Positions 20,600 through 30,788 of a DNA stretch of 64,000 nucleotides are shown piece after piece (position 1 is the first letter of the stretch; each line of letters starts with the position of its first letter). Under the pieces are notes generated by a model, which saw only the letters and a list, made by a program, of their open reading frames with translations, searched no databases and was not told the origin of the DNA. The translations under genes were made by a program, and so were the position numbers. Source of the DNA: an uncultured virus (IMG/VR IMGVR_UViG_3300035501_001058) (Duplodnaviria > Heunggongvirae > Uroviricota > Caudoviricetes); IMG/VR virus record IMGVR_UViG_3300035501_001058; one strand, 5' to 3'.

Positions 20600-22411
20600 A
20601 TGAATTATAATGAAGTAAAATCCTGTATTGATTCTTGTAGAGGTCAGATTTCTGATTTGAAACGTTTAATAAAGAAGAATAATGATGAACAGGAGAATTT
20701 ACATCAGTCTATTCAGAATATTGAATCATCATTCCAATTAGGGATCAGAGATGAAAAAGAAAAAGCCTTAAATACTGCCATCGAAAGTGCTACTTCAGAA
20801 ATAGTAAAATCTATTGCTAATAAAAATGAAGTTATAGCCAAGAAAAATCAAGATTTTACTGCAGAAATGGAAGATTTACAGAATGTGGATATAACAAATA
20901 GCTACACAGATGAACAGGCAATGACTGCAGAGATAAGAGCATCACTAGCTATATTACAGACACAGTTAAATAAATCTATAAGTTCCCGTTTTCAGAGTGA
21001 GTTAGAATCACAACTTGATAAGCAGGTTCTTAATATACAACCAGAAGATGTTGATACGATAGTAAAATTTTTCAATAAGCAAAGTAAAAGTTTGAGTAAA
21101 ATGGCTGAGTCAAATATAATTGATAATGTAATTGATAAAATTTTACGTAATGTGCGAGTTCCTTTACCAGATGATACATCAGATAATAAAGGGAAAATTA
21201 CTTATGGTGTATTATCAGTTATTTTGGTAGTCATTTTTTGTCTTTCTGCAAAAGTTATCTTCCCTTTTTATGTATTCTTTCTTGGTTTATTAGTAGCATA
21301 CAATATTAGTAAAAATTATAAGATATACGCTGCTTTGATTTCACAAAAAGCTGTAAAAGATAATCTGGAGATTATTGAGAATACACTTAAAACAAAAGCT
21401 GAACGAAAGCTTGCTGAAAGAAAGGAAAAGGTTCAAGAAAAGTACAATAAGGAACTACTACAACTCCAAAAAGAGCTTGAAATTCTTGAACAGCAAAAAA
21501 TACAGGCAGAGAGTGAGGTTAATTCCTCTTTTTCTTTTGATACAGCTGAATCACATAATCGTTATCAGAATGCATTAAAGATAAATAATAGCAGAATGCA
21601 GCAATTGAAAAATACTGGGGATCAGCTAAAGAACGAATTAGTAATGAGACAAAATGAACTACAGCGATTTGAAGATGATTTAAGATCTATTGCTGGTGAT
21701 TTACAAAATGATTTTCTTAATTATGAAAAAATCGGAACAGATGCTATATTTAATAATAAATTTTTAGTTGATTTTAAAGGCACTAAACCTGTTTATTTTC
21801 TACATCCCAAGGGTAGTGCTCTTTTCCTATATGATTCTGTAAATGATGTTACTAATTTTATAAGATTATTAATTGTACAGTTGCGTACAAAGATTAATCC
21901 TAATAATCTTAAATGCGCAGTGGTAGATTTTGATAGTTTAGGTGTACCATTTCTTGCATTTTCAGAGGATAGCGAAAATACAGAGAATTCTGTTAAAAAC
22001 TTATTTCGTATTATAACGACAAATGATGATGTGAAAGAGCTTAATACAGAATTAAATGATAGTGTAAGTAAAAGAATTATGTCAATTAGAAAATCTTACA
22101 ATAATATTGAGGACTATAATAGAGCTATGCTAGAGACTGATTCTTTGACAGAAATATATAATTTTGTTTTCTATCAAAATCCAACACAAAATATTTTAAA
22201 CGATGATAATTTCAAAAAAGTTTATGTTAATGGTGGTTCATTAGGTATTTACTCTCATGTATTTTTAAAAAAATCTGAGTTTTATGAAATGGGTGATATG
22301 GCTAGAAGCCTAATTGAAAATGCGAGTGGTATTTACGCACTTCAAGATGGAAATATTAACAAAAGAGCAAAAGAATTTGCGCTAGAAAGATTAGTTAAGT
22401 CTGAAGAATAA
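20600..22411 (+). CDS. Coiled-coil membrane protein with degenerate FtsK-like C-terminal domain
   Basis: Long coiled coils flanking 2 TM helices; C-domain (VVDFD, NIEDYN, GGSLGIYSHVF) echoes FtsK/EssC but has no Walker A. Confidence 0.5.
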   Translation: MNYNEVKSCIDSCRGQISDLKRLIKKNNDEQENLHQSIQNIESSFQLGIRDEKEKALNTAIESATSEIVKSIANKNEVIAKKNQDFTAEMEDLQNVDITNSYTDEQAMTAEIRASLAILQTQLNKSISSRFQSELESQLDKQVLNIQPEDVDTIVKFFNKQSKSLSKMAESNIIDNVIDKILRNVRVPLPDDTSDNKGKITYGVLSVILVVIFCLSAKVIFPFYVFFLGLLVAYNISKNYKIYAALISQKAVKDNLEIIENTLKTKAERKLAERKEKVQEKYNKELLQLQKELEILEQQKIQAESEVNSSFSFDTAESHNRYQNALKINNSRMQQLKNTGDQLKNELVMRQNELQRFEDDLRSIAGDLQNDFLNYEKIGTDAIFNNKFLVDFKGTKPVYFLHPKGSALFLYDSVNDVTNFIRLLIVQLRTKINPNNLKCAVVDFDSLGVPFLAFSEDSENTENSVKNLFRIITTNDDVKELNTELNDSVSKRIMSIRKSYNNIEDYNRAMLETDSLTEIYNFVFYQNPTQNILNDDNFKKVYVNGGSLGIYSHVFLKKSEFYEMGDMARSLIENASGIYALQDGNINKRAKEFALERLVKSEE

Positions 22412-22474
22412 AAACCTAAAAATAACTGTTTTGAGGTTATTAATAATTAAGAATTTGAAAGGAGGGCATTAATT

Positions 22475-22738
22475 ATGTCAGCTAATTTTAGTGAAGAGTT
22501 TGCAAACAAACTCAGAAATTCCGCAGCTACTGTAGAAGATGTAGTTATAGCGAACACAAAAACAGGCATCGCAAATACTCTTGATCTTGCAGAATCAACA
22601 GGTTCTGATAAGTTTATTAAGTCAGCAAAGGGTTTTGAAGCAGGTGCCAACGAGCTCCTTAAGACAGCAGATGAGCTTGTAGAATTATTAAAGAAGGTAG
22701 CAGCTCAGTATGATAAACTGAACGCTGCACTGAACTAA
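22475..22738 (+). CDS. Small helical protein, WXG100-like size
   Basis: 87 aa, Ala-rich helices with central turn (ESTGS); strong RBS. Confidence 0.55.
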   Translation: MSANFSEEFANKLRNSAATVEDVVIANTKTGIANTLDLAESTGSDKFIKSAKGFEAGANELLKTADELVELLKKVAAQYDKLNAALN

Positions 22739-22755
22739 GAAAGGAGGAAATATCT

Positions 22756-23094
22756 ATGTTAAAACTTGATAAGGCTGCTGTAGACAGCTCAATTGGAAAT
22801 TTACAGAAAGCATTCAACGGAGACACTTTAGAGGTATTTGCTTCCTTAGCAGGTGTTCTTCGTGAAGAAGAAGCAAATGGTGGTAATCCAATTATCACTC
22901 AGACATTGGAAGCTTGCAAGAAGTTCCAGGCTCAGTACAATGTATGCTTGGAGTCATTTAGAGGACTTTGCAAGGATGCTGAAGGTGTCGCAGAAATCGC
23001 AGAATATGTTAATAAGGTACAGATGGGTGATGTTACAACAAGAGACACATCTTTTGCTACCCAGGGCATAAATGCTGATGATGTTAGAATGTAA
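22756..23094 (+). CDS. Small helical protein, WXG100-like size
   Basis: 112 aa, helices around NGGNP turn; AAGGAGG RBS. Confidence 0.5.
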   Translation: MLKLDKAAVDSSIGNLQKAFNGDTLEVFASLAGVLREEEANGGNPIITQTLEACKKFQAQYNVCLESFRGLCKDAEGVAEIAEYVNKVQMGDVTTRDTSFATQGINADDVRM

Positions 23095-23118
23095 TAATTC
23101 TAAATAAGAAAAAGAATA

Positions 23119-23150
23119 GCCAGCAGAGCTTAAAATCTCTGTTGGTTTTT
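23119..23150 (+). terminator. Intrinsic terminator (loop CTTAAAAT)
   Basis: GCCAGCAGAG/CTCTGTTGGT stem with G-U pairs, then T run. Confidence 0.8.
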
Positions 23151-23171
23151 ACGATAAAAAATAAGAATAGT

Positions 23172-23200
23172 TTGGGAGTACTTTTTGTACTCCCAATTTT
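23172..23200. terminator. Second hairpin (terminator-like)
   Basis: Perfect TTGGGAGTAC/GTACTCCCAA inverted repeat, T5 loop. Confidence 0.65.
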
Positions 23201-23224
23201 ATTTATTAAAAAGGAGGCAAAAAA

Positions 23225-25777
23225 ATGCTATTTTATGTTACACGTAATATACAATTACCAAATGGAACAGTAGAGCCAGTAAAAATTGTAGTAGGTGCTG
23301 TTAATACAGCTTTAGACAGTTCTTTTTATTTTCCGGGGGATTTAATTGCTGATGTTGAGAATCTTAAACGATTCTTAAGTGATGGTGATTTAAAAGTTGC
23401 AGCAGTCCCAAATAAAAAGTGCTTAATGGTAACAGTGCAGGAATTCTATAATGAATCTTTAGGAATAGATTCAGTTGTTGCAATTATACAGAAATATTTG
23501 CAATCATATAATCTGACAGAGTTACCGTTAAATATAAAAACTAATTTAAGAAATCAACTGGTTGCAAAATTTAAGCTCAGTGAGACTGTCGCTACTTGTG
23601 TAGTAGTATCAGCATGGGAATATCTGACGAACTTTGCTAAAGAAACTTTAGAAGATCCGGTAAATATTGGACCTAGTTACTATGATACCAGATTCTTAGT
23701 TGCAACAAAAGATTTAATAGATGAACTGAATATCTCTGTTTCTTGGCCATTTACAGAGTTTACAATAAAAGAAAATAATACACATTTTCAGCAGAAATGT
23801 GATGATGAATTGTTTATAGAATTTCCAAACAGAAATGCTTTATTAAATGATGAATCAGATAATATGAATAGCTTTTTACCAAAACTTAGTGATTTGTGTA
23901 ACCCATATGGAATCTATGATTTAGATGACATGTCAGAGTATAAGAGTAGTCCTAAGTTTCCAGAGAAATTATATCCTTTGGTAGAGGGACAAAGTTCTAA
24001 TGATACTACTGAATTATATGATAATGAAAAGCATTATTACAATGCTCTTGTTGAATGGGTTCAGTTTAATATGAAAAACACAATAGCTGGCGATGTTGAT
24101 GTTTCAACTTCAAATCCGAATATTGATAGACTTAGTCAAGTATACTTAGAGGAACTTGCAAAGTTATTGTACACTAAGCATTGGTATCATAATAAGAATA
24201 TTCCTATCTTTAATCAGTTGGTTGAAGATGACCTTACAGACTTACTCGATAGCACTACAAACGATTCAGTCACATCAGATTATGAATTTAGAGCATCAAA
24301 TGAAGAAAAGTCTATGATTAATTCTGGTGCTAGAGAAGTGACTATAAAAGCCGGTACTCATATAAATGCTTTGGAATTACTGGTAAGTTTTTTAAGAGAA
24401 GCCTCATTAATAGTTGGTTATGGCGCATACTTGCAGGCAATAATACAGCTAGCAAGATGGGGTGAGAGAAAGCCTACTAAGATAATAATAGAAAATTATT
24501 CTTTGGTATTTAGTTTAGGTGATAATAAGATTAAAACTTACATGGGTTCAATTAATAATTATAAAATTAAGCCAGTTGATGGCTGCTCAGTTTCTGCTGT
24601 AAATGCTTTATATGATGATGTAGCATTAAAGTGTAAGCAATTTATGATTGATGAAGGATATCCATACAAGAATGTACTTGCTCCAGTGGGTCTTACTACT
24701 GTAAAAGTGCTTGAAAATACTACAGACAAAGGACCTAAATCAATAGAAGTATTTTTAACTTATTCTATTATTGAAATAATTGAAAGTTATGTATCTGGTA
24801 GTAATAATATTAATATTGCAGGGATCACCTATGATGGTAATAAGTTTACTGCAGATGATGTTGTCATAGATACATCATTAACATATCAGGCATCTAAAAC
24901 ATCATGGGCAAATAACGATAATAATCTAGAGTCACCTTTTAAATCTTCAAGAGATTTATATGAATTATCATTAGAATTAGATGTACCAATACCTGCGACA
25001 TTCACACATTTTGATGTACTTGATGCATGTGCAAGACAGGAGGATTTAGATTTATTCATTGAGAATAATAAATTTAGTAGCAAAGATGACCTTAATGATA
25101 AGATAAGAACCAGCCATATAAGAAATAAAAAATCAGCATTTATGTACTCTTTAGGTAGTAAGTTATTACCTATTTACTTTAAGGTATCTTTAAAACTTAA
25201 TGAGTTAAAGGAAGCTGGAGGCTATAATTTTGGGGATGTTTTGAATATCTACAAGGAAGTGCTCAGTAAAAATTCATTAGACATTTTTGAGAAAGAAGAA
25301 AAATCTAAGAGTGAAAATGATAATGTAAATAACATGAATGTTTTTGGTAATTCTACTACTAACATGGATGCATCTGAGACTACTACAGAACAAGCAATTA
25401 CGCCTAATAATATTGCTGAAACAGTAACAGCTAGATTTACTTTTATTCGAGAAAAATCAGCAGATTCTAAGATATCAAAAATAGTATCAGGTGGTAAAAC
25501 AATTGGTTATTGTGCTGTAGATTATGTAACTGTTAATTCCAAAAAAGGACCTGTTAAAGCTTCAAGATTTACATTACTTCAGAATACACCGGAATATGAG
25601 AGTGCTTCTGCTGGTAATAAGACCCTAGAGTTATCTGCAATTATTTATAGAATAGTATTCGATTTATATTCATACGAGATTAATGATGAAAACAAAATCT
25701 TTTTATATTTCTCAGATTTAAGTTGTATGAAGTATTATGTAAGAACAATTAAGGAGTGCTTTGACAATAAGGGGTGA
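23225..25777 (+). CDS. Large hypothetical protein upstream of FtsK-like ATPase
   Basis: 850 aa, AAGGAGG RBS. Confidence 0.85.
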   Translation: MLFYVTRNIQLPNGTVEPVKIVVGAVNTALDSSFYFPGDLIADVENLKRFLSDGDLKVAAVPNKKCLMVTVQEFYNESLGIDSVVAIIQKYLQSYNLTELPLNIKTNLRNQLVAKFKLSETVATCVVVSAWEYLTNFAKETLEDPVNIGPSYYDTRFLVATKDLIDELNISVSWPFTEFTIKENNTHFQQKCDDELFIEFPNRNALLNDESDNMNSFLPKLSDLCNPYGIYDLDDMSEYKSSPKFPEKLYPLVEGQSSNDTTELYDNEKHYYNALVEWVQFNMKNTIAGDVDVSTSNPNIDRLSQVYLEELAKLLYTKHWYHNKNIPIFNQLVEDDLTDLLDSTTNDSVTSDYEFRASNEEKSMINSGAREVTIKAGTHINALELLVSFLREASLIVGYGAYLQAIIQLARWGERKPTKIIIENYSLVFSLGDNKIKTYMGSINNYKIKPVDGCSVSAVNALYDDVALKCKQFMIDEGYPYKNVLAPVGLTTVKVLENTTDKGPKSIEVFLTYSIIEIIESYVSGSNNINIAGITYDGNKFTADDVVIDTSLTYQASKTSWANNDNNLESPFKSSRDLYELSLELDVPIPATFTHFDVLDACARQEDLDLFIENNKFSSKDDLNDKIRTSHIRNKKSAFMYSLGSKLLPIYFKVSLKLNELKEAGGYNFGDVLNIYKEVLSKNSLDIFEKEEKSKSENDNVNNMNVFGNSTTNMDASETTTEQAITPNNIAETVTARFTFIREKSADSKISKIVSGGKTIGYCAVDYVTVNSKKGPVKASRFTLLQNTPEYESASAGNKTLELSAIIYRIVFDLYSYEINDENKIFLYFSDLSCMKYYVRTIKECFDNKG

Positions 25778-25781
25778 TTAA

Positions 25782-27905
25782 ATGATCGTAGTTAGTGATG
25801 ATGATATCCGAAAAAATCATAATTTGTTTATAGATTCTTTCAGAAATTCGCAGACGTCATTCCTCGAAAGCAGTTACATTAAGAAAGCTTTTCCTCTAAT
25901 TGAGCGAGAAGCTAATAGAAATTATCCATACGAGGTTAAGTTGCCAAAATCTTTAGCGGAGTTAGCTCAAGGAGATTTTGAGCCATCAAGAATAATTACT
26001 GTAGAGAAACCTTTTAGTGGTCTCTACAGTAATGTTTGGTTTGGAGATGCGACGTACAGATGTACTTTAAGATGCGGTTATGTTGATGGAAATAGTTCTA
26101 AGTTATGTCAGCAAACTATAGGAGCAGAAGACATTCATATGGTTTTGGGAGGAGCTACAGGACAGGGAAAATCTGTTACTTTGAATTCAATCATTTTTGG
26201 GTTATGCCTTGAATTTGCTCCTTGGGAAGTTGACTTAACCTTGTGCGATGCTAAGATAGTGGAGTTTAAGTCATATGCATTACAGCATCCGATGCCACAT
26301 ATTCGTCGAATAGCAGCAACAGAAGATGCTGATTATATTATTTCTGTATTAGATACGCTTAATAGGGAAATGCTTACGTGGAATAATGTCTTTACATTAG
26401 TCGGTAAAAAGAAAATAGATGATTTTAGGAAAGTCACTGGATTAGCAATACCTCAGCATATTATTATAATTGATGAATTTCAGACCATGTTTAAAAATGC
26501 AAAAAAGAAGATGAACACTATTATAGATTTACTAAATTCTTTTGCTAGACTTGGTCGTTCTACCGGGTTTCATTTGCTTTTAGCTTCACAGGAACTTGGG
26601 TCAGATTTACCTAAAGAAGTTCTATCAAATATATCAATTCGTGCAGCTATGGGATGCGATGCAAATGTATCAGAAATGATTCTTGGTAATGATGAAGCAA
26701 AAAATAATAAAGGTCAGCGAGGTAGAATGATAATTAATAAAGAAATCAATCTTGGTAAAGAGGCAAATGTTCAAGTACAAGTACCTTTCATGCCAGATGA
26801 TGAACGTTTAGCTTTAGGTAAAAATGTAATAGAACTAGCTAAATCTATTAATTATGAAACAACTCTATCTTTTTACGATGCAGAAACATCTGTAGTTGAA
26901 GATGACTATAAGGTATATCTTCATAGATTTAAGCAAGGGCAATTCAGATTTTTATTGGGTGAACCATCTTTTGTTAAAGATGGGGAGCAAGTTGTATCAC
27001 TAGATTTTACCGGTAGTGATATAGAAAATATACTAGTTATAGCTCCTTCTATTGTTAACCAGCATAGATATTTTAAGATGTTAAAAACTAATGCTGAAAA
27101 TTTGCCATATGCACAGAATATTGTAATAGAGTTAAATGACTCGTTTAGCTCTGAGTGCGATGCAAAGTCATTAGCTACAGGTAAAATGTTTTCTGATAAA
27201 AAATCTTTTGATAATGATGCCTTAAGTGCAGCATTTACTTTAATTGCTAGACGTAAATTATGCTTAGCTATTGATAAATATATATTTAGTAATTCAGGGT
27301 CTATTACTAATAGTGAAGATTTTTATAAAGAATTTCAAGAAGGGTCTGAGATAGATACAGAATTAAATAAACAACGTTTTGCTGCCGGTTTATACTTGCT
27401 GAGTACAGATAAAGAACTACATTCTATTTTTGAGTTAGATAATTTGGCAGGAGCAGAAAAAGTTCAAAGATGTAATAAGATTGTTGGTGCAGCTGTTGAT
27501 ACTATCAATCTTTATGGGTGCCAGAAAGTAATGTTGGATAAGCATAAGATGCCTCCAATATTTGTTTGGATACTCGGAATTGATCGTATGATAGGATTAG
27601 GGCGTGATCCTAAATTTGCTAATATAGCAAAACTTAAAAAGATGTTACAAGATTGTACAGAATATAATTTCAGATTTATTATGTTTACTGGTAGTCTGAC
27701 TGATATGTCAGATTTAAAACATGGAATTAGATGGGTAATTTCTGATGGAGCGTCTTTAAAGGATATAAATCAGCTTACTTTATCTGACCATTTTCCTGAC
27801 CAAATTAGCTCTAACCTTGCAGTATTATCAGATTTATTAGCTTCAGAAGATAAATGTGTTAAATTTAAGAAGATGCGTTTAAGAGATGAAATTTTTACAT
27901 CTTAA
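25782..27905 (+). CDS. FtsK/SpoIIIE (EssC/EccC-like) ATPase
   Basis: HMVLGGATGQGKS, DAK, IIIDEF, ARLGRSTGFHLLLASQ, NISIR; second degenerate ATPase-like region; no TM. Confidence 0.9.
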   Translation: MIVVSDDDIRKNHNLFIDSFRNSQTSFLESSYIKKAFPLIEREANRNYPYEVKLPKSLAELAQGDFEPSRIITVEKPFSGLYSNVWFGDATYRCTLRCGYVDGNSSKLCQQTIGAEDIHMVLGGATGQGKSVTLNSIIFGLCLEFAPWEVDLTLCDAKIVEFKSYALQHPMPHIRRIAATEDADYIISVLDTLNREMLTWNNVFTLVGKKKIDDFRKVTGLAIPQHIIIIDEFQTMFKNAKKKMNTIIDLLNSFARLGRSTGFHLLLASQELGSDLPKEVLSNISIRAAMGCDANVSEMILGNDEAKNNKGQRGRMIINKEINLGKEANVQVQVPFMPDDERLALGKNVIELAKSINYETTLSFYDAETSVVEDDYKVYLHRFKQGQFRFLLGEPSFVKDGEQVVSLDFTGSDIENILVIAPSIVNQHRYFKMLKTNAENLPYAQNIVIELNDSFSSECDAKSLATGKMFSDKKSFDNDALSAAFTLIARRKLCLAIDKYIFSNSGSITNSEDFYKEFQEGSEIDTELNKQRFAAGLYLLSTDKELHSIFELDNLAGAEKVQRCNKIVGAAVDTINLYGCQKVMLDKHKMPPIFVWILGIDRMIGLGRDPKFANIAKLKKMLQDCTEYNFRFIMFTGSLTDMSDLKHGIRWVISDGASLKDINQLTLSDHFPDQISSNLAVLSDLLASEDKCVKFKKMRLRDEIFTS

Positions 27906-27922
27906 AAGAATCGCAGATAATA

Positions 27923-27957
27923 GGTGCTCAAAGTATAAAAGCTTTGAGCATTTTTTT
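27923..27957 (+). terminator. Intrinsic terminator with TATAAAAG loop
   Basis: TGCTCAAAG/CTTTGAGCA stem followed by T7. Confidence 0.85.
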
Positions 27958-27983
27958 AAACTTTTAAGAAAGTTGGTGAAAAA

Positions 27984-29759
27984 ATGTTTAAATTTTATAA
28001 AGGCACTGAAATTGATTTTGATAAGTATGAAAGTTATTTAAGATATAGACCATATATAGTTTTTGACAGAGAAAAAATGACGCAGATACTACATTATGAA
28101 GAATGTCGCGAAGAAACTTTAGCGGCGTTAGCTATAGATACAATGTTATTTAGAAGCGGTGGTCATTGCTCTGATTTGAGTAGGAATGTAATACTTAACT
28201 ATTTAATGGATTATGAGAATTGTCCTGAAAGATACTTTCATAATCATAAAACACAATCAGCTTCTTTAGATTCTAAAAAGGTACTAGAAAAACTTTTACA
28301 GAATAATCATGCTGTGGAGTTTTTAACAGATTATATGAGATACAAATCATTGGTATCTAAAAATGGAAAAATCAAAGGTATTATAAAAAATAGTAATCAG
28401 GATGCAGGTCATAATAGAGATAATGTTGAATTAACGAAATTGTTTTTTAATGTAAATCAGCAGAAGAATCTCAGATATAATTACAAAGACAGTGACATTA
28501 TTGCAATACCTAAAGAGTACAATAGTTGTATTTCTGTAGATAATGGTTATTTCCTTGCTTGGGGGGATTTCGGGCAATCCGATTTTAGAATTGCTTATAA
28601 TTTATTTATGAGAAGCCCAGAGCATGATGAAATAATGAATGCATATGATGATAAATATGAAGCTTTGGCTAGAATGGTTATTGGTTCGGAGGGAAAGCTG
28701 TTTGATTACGATCAGTTCAAAGAAGAACGTCAATTGTATAAGAAATTGACATTAGCCACTGTTTATGGTACACGTGCTAGTGCAGTTCCTTCTGAACAGC
28801 CTTTTATAGATAGATTAACTGAGTTTCTTAGACAATGTCCAAAATATATGGAGTATAATAAACGTTTAAATGACCGAGTTGATATAGGGTTACCTATAGC
28901 AATTGATAGTTATTTTGGTAATTCGCAGATAATTGCTGGAAAATACAGAGATGTGGATATTATTAATGATGCTTTAAATGCACCTGTTCAAACTGGTACT
29001 TCAGAGATAGTTGCTTTAACAACTATGCAGATATTAGAAGAGTTTTATAACAGAGGATACTCAGAGGAAGATATTAGTGTATATTATGTAAGGCATGATG
29101 AACCGGTATTTAGGGTAAGCGAAAAAGCACTTAAAGACGCTTGGATATTTAATCAGTTTAATCAAATTTTGATAGACGACTGGACTCCATTACGAATGGA
29201 TTTTAATTTTGGATATTATTATAAACAGCAAGATGAAAAGCTAGAAAACATTATAAAAGAGTGTTACAAAGACAATGCTAATAAGATAGTTAATATTAAA
29301 GTCGGAAATACCATAAATAATTTTTATCCAGTTCCTCCTGTTTGTTCATTAACTGTGTCTAAAACGGAAACAGCCGATAACAAAATTGTATATTGCTTAT
29401 TTTCTGAAGAACTTAATGGTGCACATTATAAATTACTTAATTCTAAACCAGAATCAGAAGAGAATTATGTATTTAAAATAATAAGTGATTTAGAGGAACA
29501 GATTTATAGAAAAGGATACAGAGGCATCCTTGTTAAAGCAAGTTTTGTAAATACAACGGAATCTTTTATTGGTAATTCATATATTCAACTTCGATTTGTT
29601 AATGATAATACATTAAGTAAATCTCAGCTATTGTCTGATTTTATGGCTATTAAGTATAGCATAAAGAATAAAATTGACTACAGTAGAATTTCTCTGCCTT
29701 ATAAAGAGGATGAAGCTTTTATAAAAACAGTCAAAGATTTTACAGATGTTATGAAATAG
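27984..29759 (+). CDS. Second family-A DNA polymerase (polymerase domain only)
   Basis: Motif A DFGQSDFR, B RQLYKKLTLATVYG, NAPVQTG, C RHDE; no exonuclease motifs. Confidence 0.85.
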   Translation: MFKFYKGTEIDFDKYESYLRYRPYIVFDREKMTQILHYEECREETLAALAIDTMLFRSGGHCSDLSRNVILNYLMDYENCPERYFHNHKTQSASLDSKKVLEKLLQNNHAVEFLTDYMRYKSLVSKNGKIKGIIKNSNQDAGHNRDNVELTKLFFNVNQQKNLRYNYKDSDIIAIPKEYNSCISVDNGYFLAWGDFGQSDFRIAYNLFMRSPEHDEIMNAYDDKYEALARMVIGSEGKLFDYDQFKEERQLYKKLTLATVYGTRASAVPSEQPFIDRLTEFLRQCPKYMEYNKRLNDRVDIGLPIAIDSYFGNSQIIAGKYRDVDIINDALNAPVQTGTSEIVALTTMQILEEFYNRGYSEEDISVYYVRHDEPVFRVSEKALKDAWIFNQFNQILIDDWTPLRMDFNFGYYYKQQDEKLENIIKECYKDNANKIVNIKVGNTINNFYPVPPVCSLTVSKTETADNKIVYCLFSEELNGAHYKLLNSKPESEENYVFKIISDLEEQIYRKGYRGILVKASFVNTTESFIGNSYIQLRFVNDNTLSKSQLLSDFMAIKYSIKNKIDYSRISLPYKEDEAFIKTVKDFTDVMK

Positions 29760-29769
29760 AGGTGTTTTT

Positions 29770-29988
29770 ATGAATAGAATGCAATCTTATGATGATGCTA
29801 TTACGATAAGTAAAGAATACTACGAAAAATTACTCAAGTATCGTGATAGCTATAATGGTTTGCTAGTAAGCATGCATAACCAATTTGAATTCAATAATAA
29901 TGGTCGTGCGGTTACAGCTAATATAGAAGCTATTGCGGAAACCCTAAAACCTCTTATGGAAGAAGTTCACAGAAGAATAGAAGATTAG
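29770..29988 (+). CDS. Small hypothetical protein
   Basis: 72 aa, GAGGTG RBS. Confidence 0.7.
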   Translation: MNRMQSYDDAITISKEYYEKLLKYRDSYNGLLVSMHNQFEFNNNGRAVTANIEAIAETLKPLMEEVHRRIED

Positions 29989-29998
29989 GAGGTAAATA

Positions 29999-30742
29999 AT
30001 GATAAAACGATTTGAAGGTAATTTTATAAGTTACTATGGAGCCACAGTAAAAAATAGTATTGTATACGATGATGATTTTTTTATGGTTAAAGAGGTTATG
30101 CCTGATATGTATAGTTTGCTGTATGTAGGAAAAGATGGTAGGGTACCACAACCTATAGGTTGTACAACATACCAATCTATGTTTGAGGGAAGGCAAGACA
30201 TTCATAGCCTAGATTTGTCTGAATGGGACACATCATTAGTAGATGATTTTTCTTGTATGTTTATGAATGACATAAATTTGGTTGAGGTTAAAGGAGTTGA
30301 AGATTGGAACACTAGCAGTGGTAGAAGCTTTGACTCCACTTTTTGTGGTTGTAGTTCATTAAAAGCTTTAAATTTAAATAAATGGGATTTAAAGAAAGCT
30401 GAAACAATCACTGGTATGTTTTGTGAATGCTACGATTTAGAAAAATTAGATGTATCTGAATGGAATACAATAAGTTTAAAAGATGCATCTATGTTTATAT
30501 ATGGATGTACAAATTTAAAAACTATAGATGTTAGTAAATGGTGCGTAGAAAATTTATCAATGGCAGAGAATTTTGCATGCTCATGTGTTGCATTAAGCTA
30601 TGTTGGAGTTGAGAACTGGTACACTCCAAATTTAATAGAATACAAGGGCATGCTTAATAATTGTTTAAATTTACCAGAGTTAAACTTAGATAAGCTTGGT
30701 TTATCAGAATATGCTATAAGTAAGATATTCTTTTGTGACTAA
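29999..30742 (+). CDS. BspA-like/DUF285 leucine-rich repeat protein
   Basis: ~26-aa repeats LDLSEWDTS..MF..C..L; no signal peptide. Confidence 0.85.
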   Translation: MIKRFEGNFISYYGATVKNSIVYDDDFFMVKEVMPDMYSLLYVGKDGRVPQPIGCTTYQSMFEGRQDIHSLDLSEWDTSLVDDFSCMFMNDINLVEVKGVEDWNTSSGRSFDSTFCGCSSLKALNLNKWDLKKAETITGMFCECYDLEKLDVSEWNTISLKDASMFIYGCTNLKTIDVSKWCVENLSMAENFACSCVALSYVGVENWYTPNLIEYKGMLNNCLNLPELNLDKLGLSEYAISKIFFCD

Positions 30743-30788
30743 AATAGATAACTTAGGCTGGCTTTATGCCAGAAAGTGAGGTAGTAAT

